Counted from the stretch's first letter, positions 18,965-28,791 are shown. The stretch: DNA of 33,229 nt from an uncultured Clostridia bacterium (GCA_947625075.1 CANQMY010000001.1:1-33229), one strand, 5' to 3'. Made by a program: numbers and translations. The notes: a model not told the origin generated them from the letters alone.

Positions 18965-19690
18965 TTGCAATTAGAAAATGTTTTAGAAACTAATTTGTCA
19001 AATAAATTGGTTAATCAAAATGAACAAAATAATTTTTTAGAAACTACTATTGGAAAAGTGATTAATATTGGAATAGATACAGGGTTAAGAGCATTATTGC
19101 CAGATTTAATTGAAAATCAAATAATTAATATTAAAGATGAGATAATAAAAAATGGATTCTCATCAGGTATAAAAGAAGCTGTATCTTCTGCTATTGATTT
19201 AGGAAAAAGTGCAATAGGAATGATAACTGGAAATTTTGAAAATATTAATCAAGCTAGAACAGTTATAAAATCAGGAGGACTTATTGATAGTATATCTAGT
19301 TTGTTAGATAAAGGAATTAATTATTTATCAAAGAATAAAAAAATTTCAAGTAACATAAGTTCTATTATAAAAAGCGGAAAAAATGTTATTTTAGATACAA
19401 TTAATAATAATATAGAAGCAAATTTTGATAATCAAATAAGTTCAATAGAAAAAATATCTAAATATTCAGCTAATTGGAAAGAATATTACCAAAATAAAGA
19501 TTTTTTAGGAATGGAAAAAGAATATAAAAAAATAAAAGAAAAATTGAAAGAAATAATGCCTATTGAAAAAACAATAACAGAAGCAAGGCAAATTGAAAAT
19601 ATACATACTTTGATAAAAAATAAAGACGGAAAATTTGATTTAAGTAAAGAGGAACTAGAATTAGCAAATAAACTTATTTATAATGAATAA
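18965..19690 (+). CDS. Hypothetical soluble protein, no family recognised
   Basis: 241-aa ORF with a TTG start seven nt after GAAAGGA. No TM segment or signal peptide. The G/S/I-rich N-terminal half resembles Firmicutes hypothetical proteins, but I cannot name a family. Confidence 0.5.
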   Translation: MQLENVLETNLSNKLVNQNEQNNFLETTIGKVINIGIDTGLRALLPDLIENQIINIKDEIIKNGFSSGIKEAVSSAIDLGKSAIGMITGNFENINQARTVIKSGGLIDSISSLLDKGINYLSKNKKISSNISSIIKSGKNVILDTINNNIEANFDNQISSIEKISKYSANWKEYYQNKDFLGMEKEYKKIKEKLKEIMPIEKTITEARQIENIHTLIKNKDGKFDLSKEELELANKLIYNE

Positions 19691-19804
19691 TAAAAAGCTA
19701 TAAAAAATTTAAATCCGTAAGAAAAAAACTCCTTTTTTTAGAAAAGTTATTGCTAAAATCATAAAAAAATTATAAAATAATAAAAGAAAAAAAGGAGGGT
19801 AAAT

Positions 19805-22800
19805 ATGAAAAAAATAATAATGAAATTAGTACCAATTTTATTAGTTTGTTGTTTATTAATTTCAAATTTTTCTCTTGCAGCAGATGAAATAAAACAAAAA
19901 GAGAATAGCAATGTATCAATCAGTACACCTTCAAAAAAAGATGAAGAACAAGAAATAAAAATGCCACAAGAGAAAATAATAGAAACAAAAAAAGAAGAAA
20001 GAATAATAAGTAAAAAAAATAATGGAATTTTAACAATAGCTACACCAACAACTAACTTTAAATATGAAGAATTAAGTGATGGAACGTTATCAATTACTGG
20101 ATATACCGGAAATGAAGAAACAGTAACTATACCATCAAAAATTAATAATAAAACTGTTAGTGAAATAGGAAGTAATGCATTCCGTGATAATTGGGATATA
20201 TTAGAAGTAACAATACCTAGTACAGTAAAAACAATAGGAATGGGTGCATTTGCATATACATATCTTAAAATAGTAAACCTAAATTCAGGTCTTGAAACAA
20301 TTGAAAATAATGCTTTTAGAGAGTCAAGAATATATAGTATAAATATACCAAATACAGTAAAGAAAATTGAAGATTATGCATTTTATTATAATGAAATAGG
20401 TGGAAAATTAGTAATTCCAGATTCAGTAGAAAAAATAGGAAATTATGCATTTGCAAAAAATTATGGATTAAAATCTATATCATTAGGAAAAAATTTATCA
20501 AGTTTAGGAAATTATGCATTTGGAGAAAATTCAATTATAGAAAGCTGTACTGTTAATTCAAGTAATAAATATTTTACTGTGGAAAGTAATGTTTTATTTA
20601 ATAAAGGAAAAACAGAATTAATATTATATCCATCTAATAAAACAGATTCATCTTATACAATTCCTAATACAGTAAAGAAAATAAAAACAGCTTCTTTTTA
20701 TGGAAATGAAAATATTAAAACTGTAAAAATTTCAAATTCTGTAACAGAGATTGAAACTGGAGCTTTTGTTAAATGCACAAATTTAGCTAATATAACTTTA
20801 GGAACAGGATTAAAAACTATAAAAGATTATGCTTTCAATGATGTAGGAATAACATCTATTGATATCCCAGCAGGGGTAACAAGTTTAAATTCAATTGCTT
20901 TTATAGGTTCTACTAAGTTAAATGCAATAAACGTTGATAGCAAAAATACAGTATATACAAGTGTAAATGGAGTAGTATTTACAAAAGATAAAACAAAATT
21001 ATTAATGTATCCAAGAGGAAAAACAGAAGAAAGTTATAATATACCAAACACAGTAAAAACTATAGGAGAAAGTGCTTTTATTGATGCAAAAATTACATCA
21101 ATTGTTATACCAAGTAGTGTAAAAACATTAGAAGATTGGTGCTTTGGAAGAGCAACTTTAACAAGTGTAACTTTACCTAATAATATAACTTCTATTGGAA
21201 ATGGTCCTTTTGATGGATGCAAAGAATTAAAGTCAGCAACTATAAATGCTAATATAAAAACTTTACCATACAGAATGTTTGCAGAAAATACAAGTCTATC
21301 AGATGTAAAATTAAATGATAATATAGAAGTAATAGATTCAAGAGCATTTTATAATTGTACAGGTCTTAAAGCAATAACACTTCCTAAAAATTTGAAAAAA
21401 ATAGAAGTAGGTTTTCTTGGATGTAAAAACTTAGCAAAAGTTATTATTCCATCAAAAGTTGAATGGATTTCAAGTTCATCATTTGAAAGTAATACAGTAA
21501 TAGATATTTCACAAACAAAATTAACAAAATTAGATAATGGAACTTATGCAATTATTTATGATGTTTATTTAACGGGAACATTTTATTATGATAAAGCTAA
21601 AGAAGTTTTGAATCAGTTAAATCAATATAGAAAACAACAGGGAAAATCAGAGCTAAAAATGGATCAAGATTTATTTAAAGCAGCAATGGAAAGAGCAAAA
21701 GAAATAGCGCTATATTTTGATCATACAAGACCATCTGGAATGAGTTGCTATACAGCATGTAGCAAAATGGATGCTGAAAATATAGCAGCTGGAGATTCAA
21801 CTGCAAGCGGAACTATGGATCAATGGAAAAATTCAAAAGAGGGTCATAATGAAAATATGTTAAATAAAAATTGGAAAAGTGTAGGAATAGGATGCTATTA
21901 TACAAACGGAACTTATTATTGGGTACAATGTTTTTCAGCAAATGCAGGCGTTGAACAAACAAAAATTCCTGCAAATAAAACAGAAAAGCAAAAAATTCAA
22001 ACTCAAGATGATAAAATAGATATTTATTATAGAGATAGCAAAAATATATCTTTAGCAAAAGGAAAAAATACTACAGTTGGAAAAATATATACAGGAAATA
22101 AAGGTTGGGAATATCCTCTTATTTTGTTAGAACCAGAAAGTTTTAAATGGACTAGTGGTAATTCAAAAGTAGCAACAGTAAGTACAAAAGGTGAAATAAA
22201 AGCGGTAGATTATGGAAGTACTACTGTAAAAGGAAGCATAGGAAATAAAGAAATAATATTTAATGTATCAATAAAATTACCATTTACCGATGTAAAAGAG
22301 ACAGATTACTATTATGGTTCAGTAGCATATACTTATGAAAATAAAATAATAAAAGGAAAATCAGATACAATATTTGCACCAAGAGCAAATATAACAAGAG
22401 GAGAATTAGTAACAATACTTTATAGAATGGAAGGAACTCCAAAAATAGGAAATAAAAACCCATTTACAGATGTAAAAGAAGGAACATTTTATTATAATGG
22501 AGTAATATGGGCATCAGAAAAAGGAATAGTAAGCGGATATGGAAATGGAAAGTTTGGAGCGAATGATCCAATAAAAAGAGCACAACTAGCAACAATATTA
22601 TATAATTATGCAAAATATAAAAAGGTAGATTTAAGTAAGAAGTCAGATATAACAACATATAAAGATTATACTACAGTAAAAAATAAAACAATTTATGCAT
22701 TAGATTCATTGAAATGGGCAATAGGAAATAAGATAATGAAAGGAACAGATGAAGGAAATATAAATCCAACAGCATATGCAACAAGAGGTCAAGTAGCAGT

Positions 22801-22837
22801 AATGATAACAAACTATTGCACAAAAGTAAAAAAATAA
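19805..22837 (+). CDS. Secreted S-layer-anchored surface protein: signal peptide, BspA-type leucine-rich repeats, CAP/SCP domain, Big_2 domain, three SLH domains
   Basis: Signal peptide ...NFSLAADE. Many IPxxVxxIgxxAF repeats. CAP-like YRKQQG...HTRPSG...AENIAAG...GHNENML. FKWTSGNSKVATVS. Three FTDVK...Y-type SLH units at the C-terminus. Confidence 0.85.
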   Translation: MKKIIMKLVPILLVCCLLISNFSLAADEIKQKENSNVSISTPSKKDEEQEIKMPQEKIIETKKEERIISKKNNGILTIATPTTNFKYEELSDGTLSITGYTGNEETVTIPSKINNKTVSEIGSNAFRDNWDILEVTIPSTVKTIGMGAFAYTYLKIVNLNSGLETIENNAFRESRIYSINIPNTVKKIEDYAFYYNEIGGKLVIPDSVEKIGNYAFAKNYGLKSISLGKNLSSLGNYAFGENSIIESCTVNSSNKYFTVESNVLFNKGKTELILYPSNKTDSSYTIPNTVKKIKTASFYGNENIKTVKISNSVTEIETGAFVKCTNLANITLGTGLKTIKDYAFNDVGITSIDIPAGVTSLNSIAFIGSTKLNAINVDSKNTVYTSVNGVVFTKDKTKLLMYPRGKTEESYNIPNTVKTIGESAFIDAKITSIVIPSSVKTLEDWCFGRATLTSVTLPNNITSIGNGPFDGCKELKSATINANIKTLPYRMFAENTSLSDVKLNDNIEVIDSRAFYNCTGLKAITLPKNLKKIEVGFLGCKNLAKVIIPSKVEWISSSSFESNTVIDISQTKLTKLDNGTYAIIYDVYLTGTFYYDKAKEVLNQLNQYRKQQGKSELKMDQDLFKAAMERAKEIALYFDHTRPSGMSCYTACSKMDAENIAAGDSTASGTMDQWKNSKEGHNENMLNKNWKSVGIGCYYTNGTYYWVQCFSANAGVEQTKIPANKTEKQKIQTQDDKIDIYYRDSKNISLAKGKNTTVGKIYTGNKGWEYPLILLEPESFKWTSGNSKVATVSTKGEIKAVDYGSTTVKGSIGNKEIIFNVSIKLPFTDVKETDYYYGSVAYTYENKIIKGKSDTIFAPRANITRGELVTILYRMEGTPKIGNKNPFTDVKEGTFYYNGVIWASEKGIVSGYGNGKFGANDPIKRAQLATILYNYAKYKKVDLSKKSDITTYKDYTTVKNKTIYALDSLKWAIGNKIMKGTDEGNINPTAYATRGQVAVMITNYCTKVKK

Positions 22838-22851
22838 TAAAAATTTAAGAA

Positions 22852-22906
22852 AAATAACCTCAAATTACTAAACATTTTTGTATAGCAATTTGGGGTTATT
22901 TTTATG
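22852..22906 (+). terminator. Terminator of the accessory operon
   Basis: AAATAACCTCAAATT pairs with AATTTGGGGTTATTT (including G-U pairs) around a 20-nt loop, followed by a T-run. Confidence 0.55.
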
Positions 22907-22961
22907 ATATATAAAATATGCTTTTATATGCTAAAAATTAATAAAAAATAGCATTTTTTGC

Positions 22962-22990
22962 TTGCTTTTTTAGTTTTGTTTTAGTATAAT
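22962..22990 (+). promoter_or_regulatory. Putative gyrA promoter
   Basis: TTGCTT (22962-22967), 17 nt spacer, TATAAT (22985-22990). Confidence 0.5.
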
Positions 22991-23025
22991 GAAGAAGTAA
23001 AAAAAGCAAAGAAAGAGGTATGCTA

Positions 23026-25524
23026 ATGGACGAAAATGAAGGAACACAAAACAATGAAGGAAGAATTGTAAATAGAGATATTGAAGAAGAAATGAGAACA
23101 GCATATATTGATTATGCAATGAGTGTTATTGTACAACGTGCTCTTCCAGACGTAAGAGATGGTTTAAAGCCTGTTCATAGAAGAATTTTATATACAATGT
23201 ATGAAGATGGTTTAACTAGTGAAAAACCATATAGGAAATCTGCAACGACAGTCGGAGATGTTTTAGGTAGATATCATCCACATGGTGACTCATCTGTTTA
23301 TGATGCAATGGTAAGATTAGCACAGGATTTTTCTCTTAGATATCCACTAATTGATGGACACGGAAACTTTGGATCTATTGATGGAGATGGGGCAGCAGCT
23401 TATCGTTATACTGAAGCTAGAATGGCAAAGATTGCAGAAACAATGCTTACTGATATTGAAAAAAATACAGTTGATTTTATGCCTAACTTTGATGGTATAA
23501 GACAAGAACCAACAGTTTTACCAGCAAAACTACCAGCACTTCTTGTAAATGGATCTTCAGGAATAGCAGTAGGAATGGCAACAAATATTCCACCACATAA
23601 TTTAAAAGAAATTTTAAATGCAGTAATAAAAATGGTAGAATTGAGAGAATCAGGAGAAGAAATTACTGATGAAGAACTACTTAAAATAGTAAAAGGTCCT
23701 GATTTTCCAACAGGTGCAACTATTTTAGGAAGAGAAGGAATAAAGCAAGCATATTTAACTGGAAAAGGAAAAATAACTTTAAGAGCAGAAGCAGAAATTG
23801 AAGAAATGCCAGGAAATAAACAAAGAATTATAGTTTCTTCATTACCATATCAAGTAAATAAGGCAAAACTTATAGTTGATATTAACCAATTAGCAAGAGA
23901 TAAAAAAATAGAGGGCATAGCAGAAGTAAGAGATGAATCTGATAGAGAAGAAAAGGTTAGAGTTGTTATTGAACTTAAAAGAGATGTTAATGCAAGAGTT
24001 ATTTTAAATAAATTATATAAGAATACTCAAATGCAAGATTCATTTGGAATAATAATGCTTGCTTTAGTAGATAATGTTCCAAAAATTTTAACATTAAGAC
24101 AATGCTTAGATAACTATATAGATCATAGAAAGACAGTTATTGTTCGTAGAACAAAATTTGATTTAGATAAAGCACTAGCAAGGGCACATATTTTAGAAGG
24201 CTTAAGAATAGCAATCGATAATATTGATGAGGTTATAAAAATCATTAGAGGATCATATGATGATCCAAAAGAAAGATTAATGGAAAGATTTGGACTAGAT
24301 GATATTCAAGCACAAGCTATATTAGATATGAGATTGAGAACATTATCAGGATTGCAAAGAGAAAAAATAGAAGAAGAATACAATGAATTAATGAAATTAA
24401 TAGCACATTTAAGAGATATTTTAGCAAATGAAAATTTAGTAGATGATATAATTAAAGAAGAATCTCTTGAAATGATAGAAAAATATGGAGACGATAGAAA
24501 AACAAAAATAGTTGCATCAGAAGAAGAACTTAACGATGAAGATTTTATTCAAGAAGAACAAACAGTAATTTCTTTAACACATTTTGGTTATATTAAAAGA
24601 ATACCTTTAGATACATACAAAAGCCAAAAACGTGGAGGAAAAGGAATTACAGGAATGACAACTAGGGAAGAGGATTTTGTAAAACAAATCTTTACAGCAT
24701 CAACACATGATATAATTTTATTCTTTAGTAATAAAGGAAAATTATACAAGTTGAGAGGATTTGAAGTTCCAGAAGCAGGAAGAACTACTAGAGGAACAGC
24801 TATTGTAAATTTATTATCTTTAAGTGGAGGAGAAAAAATAACAGCGGTTATACCAGTAAAAGAGTTTACTGATAATCAATATCTGCTAATGGCAACAAAG
24901 CAAGGATTAATTAAGAAAACTTTGTTTAAAGAATATGATTCAGGCAAAAAGACAGGATTAATTTCAATAACTCTTAAGGATGATGATGAATTAATTGATG
25001 TAAGATTATCTGACGGAAATAATAATATCGTAATGGTTACTAAAAAAGGAATGAGTATAACTTATAGTGAAAAAGACGTAAGACCAGTTGGAAGATCTGC
25101 TCAAGGCGTTATAGGTATGAGACTTGATAAAGATGATTATGTAATAGGAATGGAAACAATTAATGAACAAAACAAAGAAACACTTTTAGCAATTACTGAA
25201 AATGGATTTGGTAAGAGAACAGAGTTAGAAGAATATAGAGTACAAACTAGAGGAGGAAAAGGTGTTATAACCTATAAGGTAACTCCAAAAACAGGAGATA
25301 TAGTTGGAATTAGAATTACAGATGAGAACGATGATATTTTAATGATAACAGATAAAGGAACAATAATTAGAATTAAAGCTAAAGAAATAAGCATATTAGG
25401 CAGAAATACACAAGGGGTAACATTAATGAGAACATCAGATGGTGGAAAAGTAGTAAGTATAGAAAAGGTACAGGAAGAAAAAGAAGTTGAAGAAACAGAA
25501 GAAGATAATAATATAGAAAATTAA
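23026..25524 (+). CDS. gyrA: DNA gyrase subunit A
   Basis: QRDR HPHGDSSVYDAMVRLAQ, active-site region AAAYRYTEARM, C-terminal beta-pinwheel repeats. ATG at 23026 lies seven nt after GAGG. Confidence 0.97.
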   Translation: MDENEGTQNNEGRIVNRDIEEEMRTAYIDYAMSVIVQRALPDVRDGLKPVHRRILYTMYEDGLTSEKPYRKSATTVGDVLGRYHPHGDSSVYDAMVRLAQDFSLRYPLIDGHGNFGSIDGDGAAAYRYTEARMAKIAETMLTDIEKNTVDFMPNFDGIRQEPTVLPAKLPALLVNGSSGIAVGMATNIPPHNLKEILNAVIKMVELRESGEEITDEELLKIVKGPDFPTGATILGREGIKQAYLTGKGKITLRAEAEIEEMPGNKQRIIVSSLPYQVNKAKLIVDINQLARDKKIEGIAEVRDESDREEKVRVVIELKRDVNARVILNKLYKNTQMQDSFGIIMLALVDNVPKILTLRQCLDNYIDHRKTVIVRRTKFDLDKALARAHILEGLRIAIDNIDEVIKIIRGSYDDPKERLMERFGLDDIQAQAILDMRLRTLSGLQREKIEEEYNELMKLIAHLRDILANENLVDDIIKEESLEMIEKYGDDRKTKIVASEEELNDEDFIQEEQTVISLTHFGYIKRIPLDTYKSQKRGGKGITGMTTREEDFVKQIFTASTHDIILFFSNKGKLYKLRGFEVPEAGRTTRGTAIVNLLSLSGGEKITAVIPVKEFTDNQYLLMATKQGLIKKTLFKEYDSGKKTGLISITLKDDDELIDVRLSDGNNNIVMVTKKGMSITYSEKDVRPVGRSAQGVIGMRLDKDDYVIGMETINEQNKETLLAITENGFGKRTELEEYRVQTRGGKGVITYKVTPKTGDIVGIRITDENDDILMITDKGTIIRIKAKEISILGRNTQGVTLMRTSDGGKVVSIEKVQEEKEVEETEEDNNIEN

Positions 25525-25529
25525 AAATA

Positions 25530-25568
25530 AAAACCCACTAAATATATCAAAGGTTAGTGGGTTTTTTA
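25530..25568. terminator. Bidirectional terminator between convergent gyrA and the dnaI-like gene
   Basis: 10-bp stem AACCCACTAA/TTAGTGGGTT (25532-25563), flanked by an A-run and a T-run. Confidence 0.75.
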
Positions 25569-26579
25569 TTATACTTTTATTTTATGCTTTTTTTCTATTC
25601 TAATATCATCACCATAAAAATAGCAAGTAGTATAATTTCCTATTATTCTAGAAATAATACGTTCTTCATATATATCATATAATTCTTGAAGAGATAAATT
25701 AGTAGATATAATAGTTTTAGTAATTTTATTGTTTTGATTTAATAACCTAGTATTTATTATATTAAATAATTCTGTAATTTTTAATGGATTTTTTGCTTCG
25801 CTTCCTAAATCATCTATAATTAATAAATCTACATTATTTATTGTTTTACAAATATTATCTGAATTTTTACCAAATTTATAATCTATAATATTATCAAGCA
25901 TTATTGGTGCAGTTTGATATAATACAGTTTTTCCTTTTGAAATCATTTCATTAGCAATACAAGAAGATAGAAAAGTTTTTCCTAAACCAGTATTACCACT
26001 AAATAATAAATTTGGTTCATGAACATCATCAAAATTTTCTATAAAATTATCACATATTCTTTTTATAGAAATAATATTATCTCTTGGAGATAAATCTTTT
26101 CCATATTTATTTTTATTAGAAATATTTGAATAACAATCTAATCTAAAATTTTTAAATGTTTGACTCTTTAAATCATAGATATTTGCATTATTATATTCAA
26201 TATTATAAAGTTCTTGTTTTATGCAACTACATAAAACATTACCATTATCAGTTTTTATATATCCAGTGTCATTACATTTTTTACAATCAAAAATTGGTTC
26301 TAAATCCTTATTGTTTAAATTATTGTCTTTTAAAAATTTAGATCTTTTTTTACGTAATAAAGTTATTTCATTATTCAAATTATTAACAACATCTTTATTT
26401 TTCACAGTTAAAACTGATTTTATGTATTTTATAGATAATGTATTTATATCATTATCTATTTTTTCAAGATCTGGAAATTTATCATAAAGTTCAAATTTTT
26501 TTTGTCTTGCATTTTCAATAGCAAGATTTCTTTTCTGGTCATATTTTATTAAAAGAGATTTTAAATTATCTGAATTCAA
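25569..26579 (-). CDS. DnaI/DnaC-like AAA+ helicase-loader ATPase
   Basis: Zn-finger-like CKKCNDTGYI...CSC. Walker A GNTGLGKTFL. Walker B LLIIDDLGSE. TTG start lies eight nt after GAGG. Confidence 0.8.
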   Translation of the reverse strand: MNSDNLKSLLIKYDQKRNLAIENARQKKFELYDKFPDLEKIDNDINTLSIKYIKSVLTVKNKDVVNNLNNEITLLRKKRSKFLKDNNLNNKDLEPIFDCKKCNDTGYIKTDNGNVLCSCIKQELYNIEYNNANIYDLKSQTFKNFRLDCYSNISNKNKYGKDLSPRDNIISIKRICDNFIENFDDVHEPNLLFSGNTGLGKTFLSSCIANEMISKGKTVLYQTAPIMLDNIIDYKFGKNSDNICKTINNVDLLIIDDLGSEAKNPLKITELFNIINTRLLNQNNKITKTIISTNLSLQELYDIYEERIISRIIGNYTTCYFYGDDIRIEKKHKIKV

Positions 26580-26595
26580 AAAATCACCTCACATA

Positions 26596-27552
26596 TTAAA
26601 TATTACTATAAAAATCATTTAAATTAGTATATGATCTTTGAGAAAAAGATTTATTTTTCTTTGAGTCATCTTGTTTTTGTACTGGTTTATTTTTTTGATT
26701 TTCAAGATAAACTAGTATTTTATCAGCAGTTTTTAATCCTTTTTCATACCAGTCAGTTAGAAGTTTATCAATATACTCAAAACTTGGATTATATTTAGAA
26801 GTAGTCTTTTTTAAAGCAATTTCAATAACATCCATATTATAACCATAAGTGATATTCCATTTTTCAATATATGCTTCTTCAAATATTGATAAATTTCTTG
26901 ACATTCTAAGTTTTTTTCTAATTGAATTTGCAATAACATTAATTTTTTCTTGTTTTTGAAAATATGCTTCTAAATCACTAAAAGTATGAATTTTATTTTT
27001 ATGCCAAGCAGTTGCAACTGTTGTTATATAAGATCTATGTAATGCTGCTTTATTAAAACAATATCTGAACAAAGCTATCATAACTTCTTCATCAAAATCA
27101 TACTTTTTAAACCATAAATCAATATCACTGAACCAAGAAGGATTCATGACACCATCGAAAAATTCATTATTAATAGTATCAATAGCATTAGAGCGTCTTT
27201 TACTTTCTTGAACTTTCTTTATATCAGATGCAGATATTGTAATTTTTGGTTTATATACTTTATTAAGTTCAATTTCTTGTATGTTTGGAAGAATAAATCC
27301 TTGATTCTTTCTAATTAAAAGACCAATATCTTCCCAATATTTAATAGCATTTTGAACAATAGGAAGCGGTAGTTCAAGCTTTTTAGATAAGTCATTTATT
27401 TTGATGTCTTTGTTATATTTTGATAGAAAAAATAAATATAGATATACTTTAACAAAATCTCCATTTGCTTCAGATAAATATTCTGTAAAAAATATATCTG
27501 GTATATTAGTTTGTGAAAATATTAATGACATATCATTTTGCTCTAATTTCAT
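26596..27552 (-). CDS. DnaD-domain replication initiation protein (DnaB/DnaD-like)
   Basis: The N-terminus is a winged-helix-like region. The C-terminal DnaB_2-type repeat is EAYIEKWN...IEIALKK......YIDKLLTDWYEKGLKT. ATG at 27552 lies eight nt after AAGAGGAG. Confidence 0.75.
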   Translation of the reverse strand: MKLEQNDMSLIFSQTNIPDIFFTEYLSEANGDFVKVYLYLFFLSKYNKDIKINDLSKKLELPLPIVQNAIKYWEDIGLLIRKNQGFILPNIQEIELNKVYKPKITISASDIKKVQESKRRSNAIDTINNEFFDGVMNPSWFSDIDLWFKKYDFDEEVMIALFRYCFNKAALHRSYITTVATAWHKNKIHTFSDLEAYFQKQEKINVIANSIRKKLRMSRNLSIFEEAYIEKWNITYGYNMDVIEIALKKTTSKYNPSFEYIDKLLTDWYEKGLKTADKILVYLENQKNKPVQKQDDSKKNKSFSQRSYTNLNDFYSNI

Positions 27553-27619
27553 GTTTAATACTCCTCTTAGAAACACATTTTATATCGAAAATTATATCAT
27601 TATAAGTCGAAATTTACAA

Positions 27620-27898
27620 CTATTTATATAAATAAATCTTTGGTTTAATTAGATATTTTATAATATAATATAGAGTATATAAAATGTTTTCATGATTAAA
27701 ACCAATAATACTAAAAAGAAATATTGGAAAATAAAATATTGTAATTAATATTATTTTTATATTTATTTGTTTAAAAATAGAATTAAATATAAGAAAAACA
27801 AATAAAAAATAAATAATATTAAATATAACGGTAGGATAATCAAATATTCCAAAAAGTTTGCTTTTGAAATTATAATTGGAAGGAAAAATATAATTCAT
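27620..27898 (-). CDS. TcpE/PrgI-like small membrane protein (VirB3 analogue)
   Basis: 92 aa. N-terminal YNFKSKLFGIFDYPTVIF is followed by two TM segments. It sits directly after the VirB6-like gene. Confidence 0.45.
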   Translation of the reverse strand: MNYIFPSNYNFKSKLFGIFDYPTVIFNIIYFLFVFLIFNSIFKQINIKIILITIFYFPIFLFSIIGFNHENILYTLYYIIKYLIKPKIYLYK

Positions 27899-27919
27899 AA
27901 TAACCTCTTTAAGATAAAT

Positions 27920-28783
27920 TTATTTTTTTAGTAGAGATACCATATTGCTGAAACCACCAGAAAAATCTATACTAATTCCTCCAAATATTTCTCTTACATA
28001 ATTATTTATTTTTGTAAGTAAATAAATTCCAGCTATAAAAAGAATATTATTATTTTCTGGTGTGGATAATATAATCATTATTATTAATGGAAAAAATAAT
28101 TGAAGAATTAATGTAGAAAATAATCCCTTTGACCAAGAACGAAAAATCCAAGAAGTTGATGAATTTATTAAACTTAAGAAAGCAAAAGGGCAAAATAAAA
28201 TTAAAACTTGAACTAATACATATCTAATTGAATAAGTAAAAAGTAAATTTAGCAAAAATACACTAGAAAAGCTTTTTATAATTCCATCTAAAGAGAATAT
28301 ATCTATAGAAAAATCATCCAAAGATAAAGAAGAATTTAAATTTGAAACTAATCCTGAAAAAGTGATATCTTTATTTAAAATATTTTTACCAATCTCTTGT
28401 ATAGCTGAAGATATAAGATAATTAATATTTAATATTTGTTCAATTAAAAAATAAGAAAAATTAATAAAAATTCCAAAAATTAAAATTTTAAATAGAAATT
28501 GAAATGGTTTTTCTATATTTGATTCTGTGTAATGTGAATAAAAAAGCTTAATACAATAATATATTGATATTCCAAGAAGCATTGAATCGGTAAGATATAT
28601 AATACCACTTTTGCCATTTTCACCTAAAAATTTTGCAAAAAAAGAATTAGATAAAATTTCTGAATTAATAAATGCAATATTGTCTAAATTAGTATAAATA
28701 TTGCTATCAATAGAAGAAAAAATATTACTAAAAATCGTATTTATAGTTTCAATAATAATATTTACAATTTCAGTTTGTTCCAC
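27920..28783 (-). CDS. VirB6/TrbL-like polytopic membrane protein
   Basis: 287 aa with multiple TM segments and a Trp-containing motif SSTSWIFRSWSKG. Sits within a T4SS gene context. Confidence 0.5.
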   Translation of the reverse strand: MEQTEIVNIIIETINTIFSNIFSSIDSNIYTNLDNIAFINSEILSNSFFAKFLGENGKSGIIYLTDSMLLGISIYYCIKLFYSHYTESNIEKPFQFLFKILIFGIFINFSYFLIEQILNINYLISSAIQEIGKNILNKDITFSGLVSNLNSSLSLDDFSIDIFSLDGIIKSFSSVFLLNLLFTYSIRYVLVQVLILFCPFAFLSLINSSTSWIFRSWSKGLFSTLILQLFFPLIIMIILSTPENNNILFIAGIYLLTKINNYVREIFGGISIDFSGGFSNMVSLLKK

Positions 28784-28791
28784 AGTTCCTC

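Noticed and set aside
15414-27620. Identical 10-mer AATTTACAAC at 15414-15423 and 27611-27620, exactly at the two hypothesised inversion breakpoints.
   Set aside because: The copies are in direct, not inverted, orientation. Direct repeats would promote deletion rather than inversion. A 10-mer match in such AT-rich intergenic DNA is within chance, by my rough estimate a few percent for these two intervals. It is worth re-checking only if relatives reveal the ancestral junctions.
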